Source of the DNA: Ruminococcus flavefaciens
GTDB lineage: Bacteria; Bacteroidota; Bacteroidia; Bacteroidales; P3
Direction of reading: 5' to 3'
NCBI GenBank assembly: GCA_023667315.1
Contig: JAMPAI010000001.1
Span: forward strand, 72,914 to 136,913
DNA: 64,000 nt
Shown: piece after piece, positions 61,823 through 64,000 of the stretch
How positions within the stretch are numbered: position 1 is the first letter of the stretch
Layout of the letters: every line of letters starts with the position of its first letter
The notes under the pieces: model-generated
What the model was told of the DNA's origin: nothing
Database searches by the model: none
Seen by the model: the letters and a program-made list of their open reading frames with translations, nothing else
Program-made: the position numbers and the translations under genes

Positions 61823-62209
61823 TTATCGTTTCCTCAGTTCCAACTTATCACCACCGTAGTCTTCGTCGCGCCACATCATCTTTCCTGATGTGATCGACTC
61901 TATCGTCCACTTTTCGACCTCATTATCACCATAGTCGATATATAGTGTTTTTCCTTTAATCGAGTAATCGAATTCGTCTTCAAACTCATCATCACCCAAA
62001 AGACCTGTTCCGTTGCTTCTGAAACGATAAAATAGTTCATAATCGTCATCATAATAATCCCACTCACCCTCTTCGTTATCATAGTAACGGTAGGGTTCCC
62101 ACGTTCCAACGATGTCATTATTCGAAAAGCCATCGTCGTCTTTCTTGCAACTCACAAAAGCGAGCGCGCAGACTGTCAGTGCAAACACTGAAAAAATAAG
62201 TTTTTTCAT
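61823..62209 (-). CDS. small lipocalin-like lipoprotein
   Basis: 128 aa. Lipobox AFVSC, IVGTWEPY... and WTIESITSGKMMW, very acidic. AT-rich gene. Confidence 0.72.
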   Translation of the reverse strand: MKKLIFSVFALTVCALAFVSCKKDDDGFSNNDIVGTWEPYRYYDNEEGEWDYYDDDYELFYRFRSNGTGLLGDDEFEDEFDYSIKGKTLYIDYGDNEVEKWTIESITSGKMMWRDEDYGGDKLELRKR

Positions 62210-62453
62210 GAAACTTTTTTTTGTTTTCCATCCGGGACTATAGATGGAATTTTACAATTTTTGTTGTTAGAAAAATGTAATCCCAGTTTCTTTATGATGT
62301 TATGTATTTGATGTTAAATACATAACAGAGAAACTCATTTTTCCTTTGCCAAAATTACTGTGCAAATATATTAATAAATATTTCATATAACAAATACTTA
62401 TCGCTTGCAAAAGATATTAACCAATATCCTTTGTTTTATAGCGCGTGTATCGC

Positions 62454-62461
62454 TACCTTTG
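62454..62461 (+). promoter_or_regulatory. -7 box TAccTTTG upstream of the 62503 gene
   Basis: tatcgcTACCTTTGtaggc. Confidence 0.5.
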
Positions 62462-62502
62462 TAGGCTTATAATTTAGTGTCTTACCAAGAAGTTAAATTT
62501 AA

Positions 62503-64000
62503 ATGAGAAAGCGGATTTACCCGTTGCTTTGCTTGTTGTCGGCGGGGCTGTGGGGATCCTGTATGCGGTCTGAAGACTTCAATACGGATATGTTTGCCGA
62601 TTCTTCCTTCAACTACGATGTGGCCATACCCCTTACGTCCACGAAGTTGACCATGGAGAACCTGATCGATTTGAAGGGCGGTCTTTTCGTGCCCGACGAC
62701 ACCAGCCTGCTGCACATCATCTACACAGTAAAACCGGTAAAGGCCGAACTGATAAAGGACGTTAACCTGGGGCAGGTGGCCCCTTTCGTGGTTTCAACGC
62801 CCACCGTCACCTATATGTGTTTAAAAGACACCTTGATTACCGTGCCCTTTACCGACACGGTCTTTTTCGATATAGAGGGCATGAACGCACAGGTAAAGAC
62901 CCTTTATTTTTCCTCCCTGCAGATGGCGGTGCGTTCCGACAACCGCTTTATCTTCCCGATGGAAATGGAAATGAATTTCGACAACATTATCGGTGAAAAC
63001 GGCCAGAAGATGGTTTATCGGAACAACACGCAGGCCAAGGCCAATCACGATACGGTGGTGGACATGCGGAATGTGCGTCTGCAGATGGACGAGGCCCAGC
63101 AGCCCTTTGTCGTGCTGTCGGGTTCGATCAAGGTTAACGTAAAGCGTACGCCGGGCGACAGCGCCCTCTATACGGGCACGATGTATTCCACGGCCAGTTT
63201 CAAGGAGATGAATTTTCAGCGCGCCGACGGCTATCTGGACAGTACCGCATACAAGATAGAAGGTTCGATGTCGATTGCCGGTTTCGGTTTGGAACGCATG
63301 ACCAACATCGATTTCGAGGATGCCTCGTTGATAGCCGATGTTAAGGTGGAAGGCGTGAGCGCTCCCCTGCGCTTGAAGAATTCCAAAGTGCTGATTCACA
63401 ATATGGAAGGTGAAGCTTCGGTAATTCCCCTCTTTCCGGAGAATTACGATGTGGCCTGTCCCGCCATTACCGACAATCCCTTGGCAAAGGAAAGCCGGGA
63501 GTCGGCGGGAATCGTGGACATACTGATAGACCGTCCCTATATGGCCACCTATGTGCTGGACGGCCTGCTGAACCCCGAACACGATAAATCGCAGCTTCAG
63601 GCCATCGAGAAGGGCGGCAATATGTCGGTGGGGCTCACCTGCGACATTCCCCTGCGTTTCTCGGCCGACAGCTACGCCCTGTGCGACACGCTGGAGGTTT
63701 CCTTAGACGATTTGGACGAGAATACGGAAGTGAGTTATTTCGATGTGAAGTCGATTGTAAAGAACGCCTTCCCCTTGGACCTCACTTTCTCGCTGCATTT
63801 CCTCGATGCCGGATACAACAACCTGTTCTCGCTTTTCCACGATGATCTGATTGCGGGCGGCAAGGTGGGTCCCGCGCCGGGCCTTCATGTGGTGGAACCC
63901 ACGGTGGCCCGCTTCGAGGATGTGTTGGATATAGCCGAGATGGCCAAGGCCAGGCGGATGCACTATGTGGTGGTGGATGCCAAGATCGGAACCACCGACG
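62503..64000 (+). CDS. hypothetical lipoprotein, 5' part (runs off the right edge)
   Basis: Own translation from ATG 62503: MRKRIYPLLCLLSAGLWGSCMRSEDFNTDMFADSSFNYDVAIPL... It has no stop through position 64000 (499 codons) and genome-typical codon usage. Absent from the ORF track because it is edge-truncated. The minus-strand ORFs here look like antisense artefacts. Confidence 0.75.
   Translation, partial: MRKRIYPLLCLLSAGLWGSCMRSEDFNTDMFADSSFNYDVAIPLTSTKLTMENLIDLKGGLFVPDDTSLLHIIYTVKPVKAELIKDVNLGQVAPFVVSTPTVTYMCLKDTLITVPFTDTVFFDIEGMNAQVKTLYFSSLQMAVRSDNRFIFPMEMEMNFDNIIGENGQKMVYRNNTQAKANHDTVVDMRNVRLQMDEAQQPFVVLSGSIKVNVKRTPGDSALYTGTMYSTASFKEMNFQRADGYLDSTAYKIEGSMSIAGFGLERMTNIDFEDASLIADVKVEGVSAPLRLKNSKVLIHNMEGEASVIPLFPENYDVACPAITDNPLAKESRESAGIVDILIDRPYMATYVLDGLLNPEHDKSQLQAIEKGGNMSVGLTCDIPLRFSADSYALCDTLEVSLDDLDENTEVSYFDVKSIVKNAFPLDLTFSLHFLDAGYNNLFSLFHDDLIAGGKVGPAPGLHVVEPTVARFEDVLDIAEMAKARRMHYVVVDAKIGTTD

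Noticed and set aside
62821-63963. Minus-strand ORFs 62821-63582 and 63703-63963.
   Set aside because: They are antisense to a 499-codon plus-strand frame that starts with a lipoprotein signal peptide behind a TAccTTTG box and has no stop to the window edge. Their translations are His/Gly/Val-rich.
1-64000. Search for prophage, ICE, IS, integron, retron or DGR hallmarks (integrase, transposase, reverse transcriptase, att sites).
   Set aside because: No ORF in any frame showed recognisable integrase, transposase or RT motifs. The low-G+C islets therefore lack an identifiable mobility gene within this window.

Overview
This 64-kb chromosomal segment reads as a high-G+C Bacteroidota (Bacteroidales-like) genome. 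The evidence is TAnnTTTG/TAnnTTCG -7 promoter boxes in front of many genes, a short primary sigma factor lacking region 1.1, a T9SS type-B C-terminal sorting domain protein, and a split MacB.

I support about 55 protein genes, 2 tRNAs (Leu-UAA, Gly-GCC), one nonsense-disrupted gene and one almost completely deleted gene ghost. Two of the genes run off the window edges and are therefore missing from the ORF track: mnmA at the left, and a lipoprotein gene from 62503 at the right.

The backbone is housekeeping:
- Translation and RNA: mnmA, rpoD, metG, gltX, rplY, rplU-rpmA, rnr, deaD, tcdA.
- Metabolism: prs, dapF, pyrK-pyrD, rpiB/deoC, tdh, gdhA, and an NfnAB-like fusion.
- Envelope and DNA: mltG and xseAB.

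This backbone is interrupted by visibly lower-G+C islets (judged by eye, not computed):
- An AlbA_2/Schlafen-like ATPase gene inserted at the ygiQ start.
- Two DUF4143-type AAA ATPases, one of them broken by an in-frame TGA.
- An Arch-ATPase-like NTPase.
- A HigB-like/XRE pair.
- A lipocalin-like lipoprotein.

I saw no integrase, transposase, cas gene, reverse transcriptase, rRNA or CRISPR array.

The most unusual signals are non-coding:
1. A family of about 90-nt GC-rich elements. Each sits exactly inside a gene-specific inverted repeat that contains the host gene's stop codon (deoC and ygiQ). Degenerate relatives lie at about 38.1 kb.
2. Arrays of 33/34-bp-periodic and 14-bp tandem repeats sharing an AAAAAyGTrTAA-type motif, placed in front of the orphan ATPase genes.

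Candidate protein systems worth follow-up are a thioredoxin / CXXCH-PD40 lipoprotein / large polytopic membrane protein cluster next to a T9SS cargo gene, and an mltD / SGNH-like / MBOAT operon.

All family calls come from motif recognition by eye. Start codons are best guesses. All repeat identities were counted by hand.
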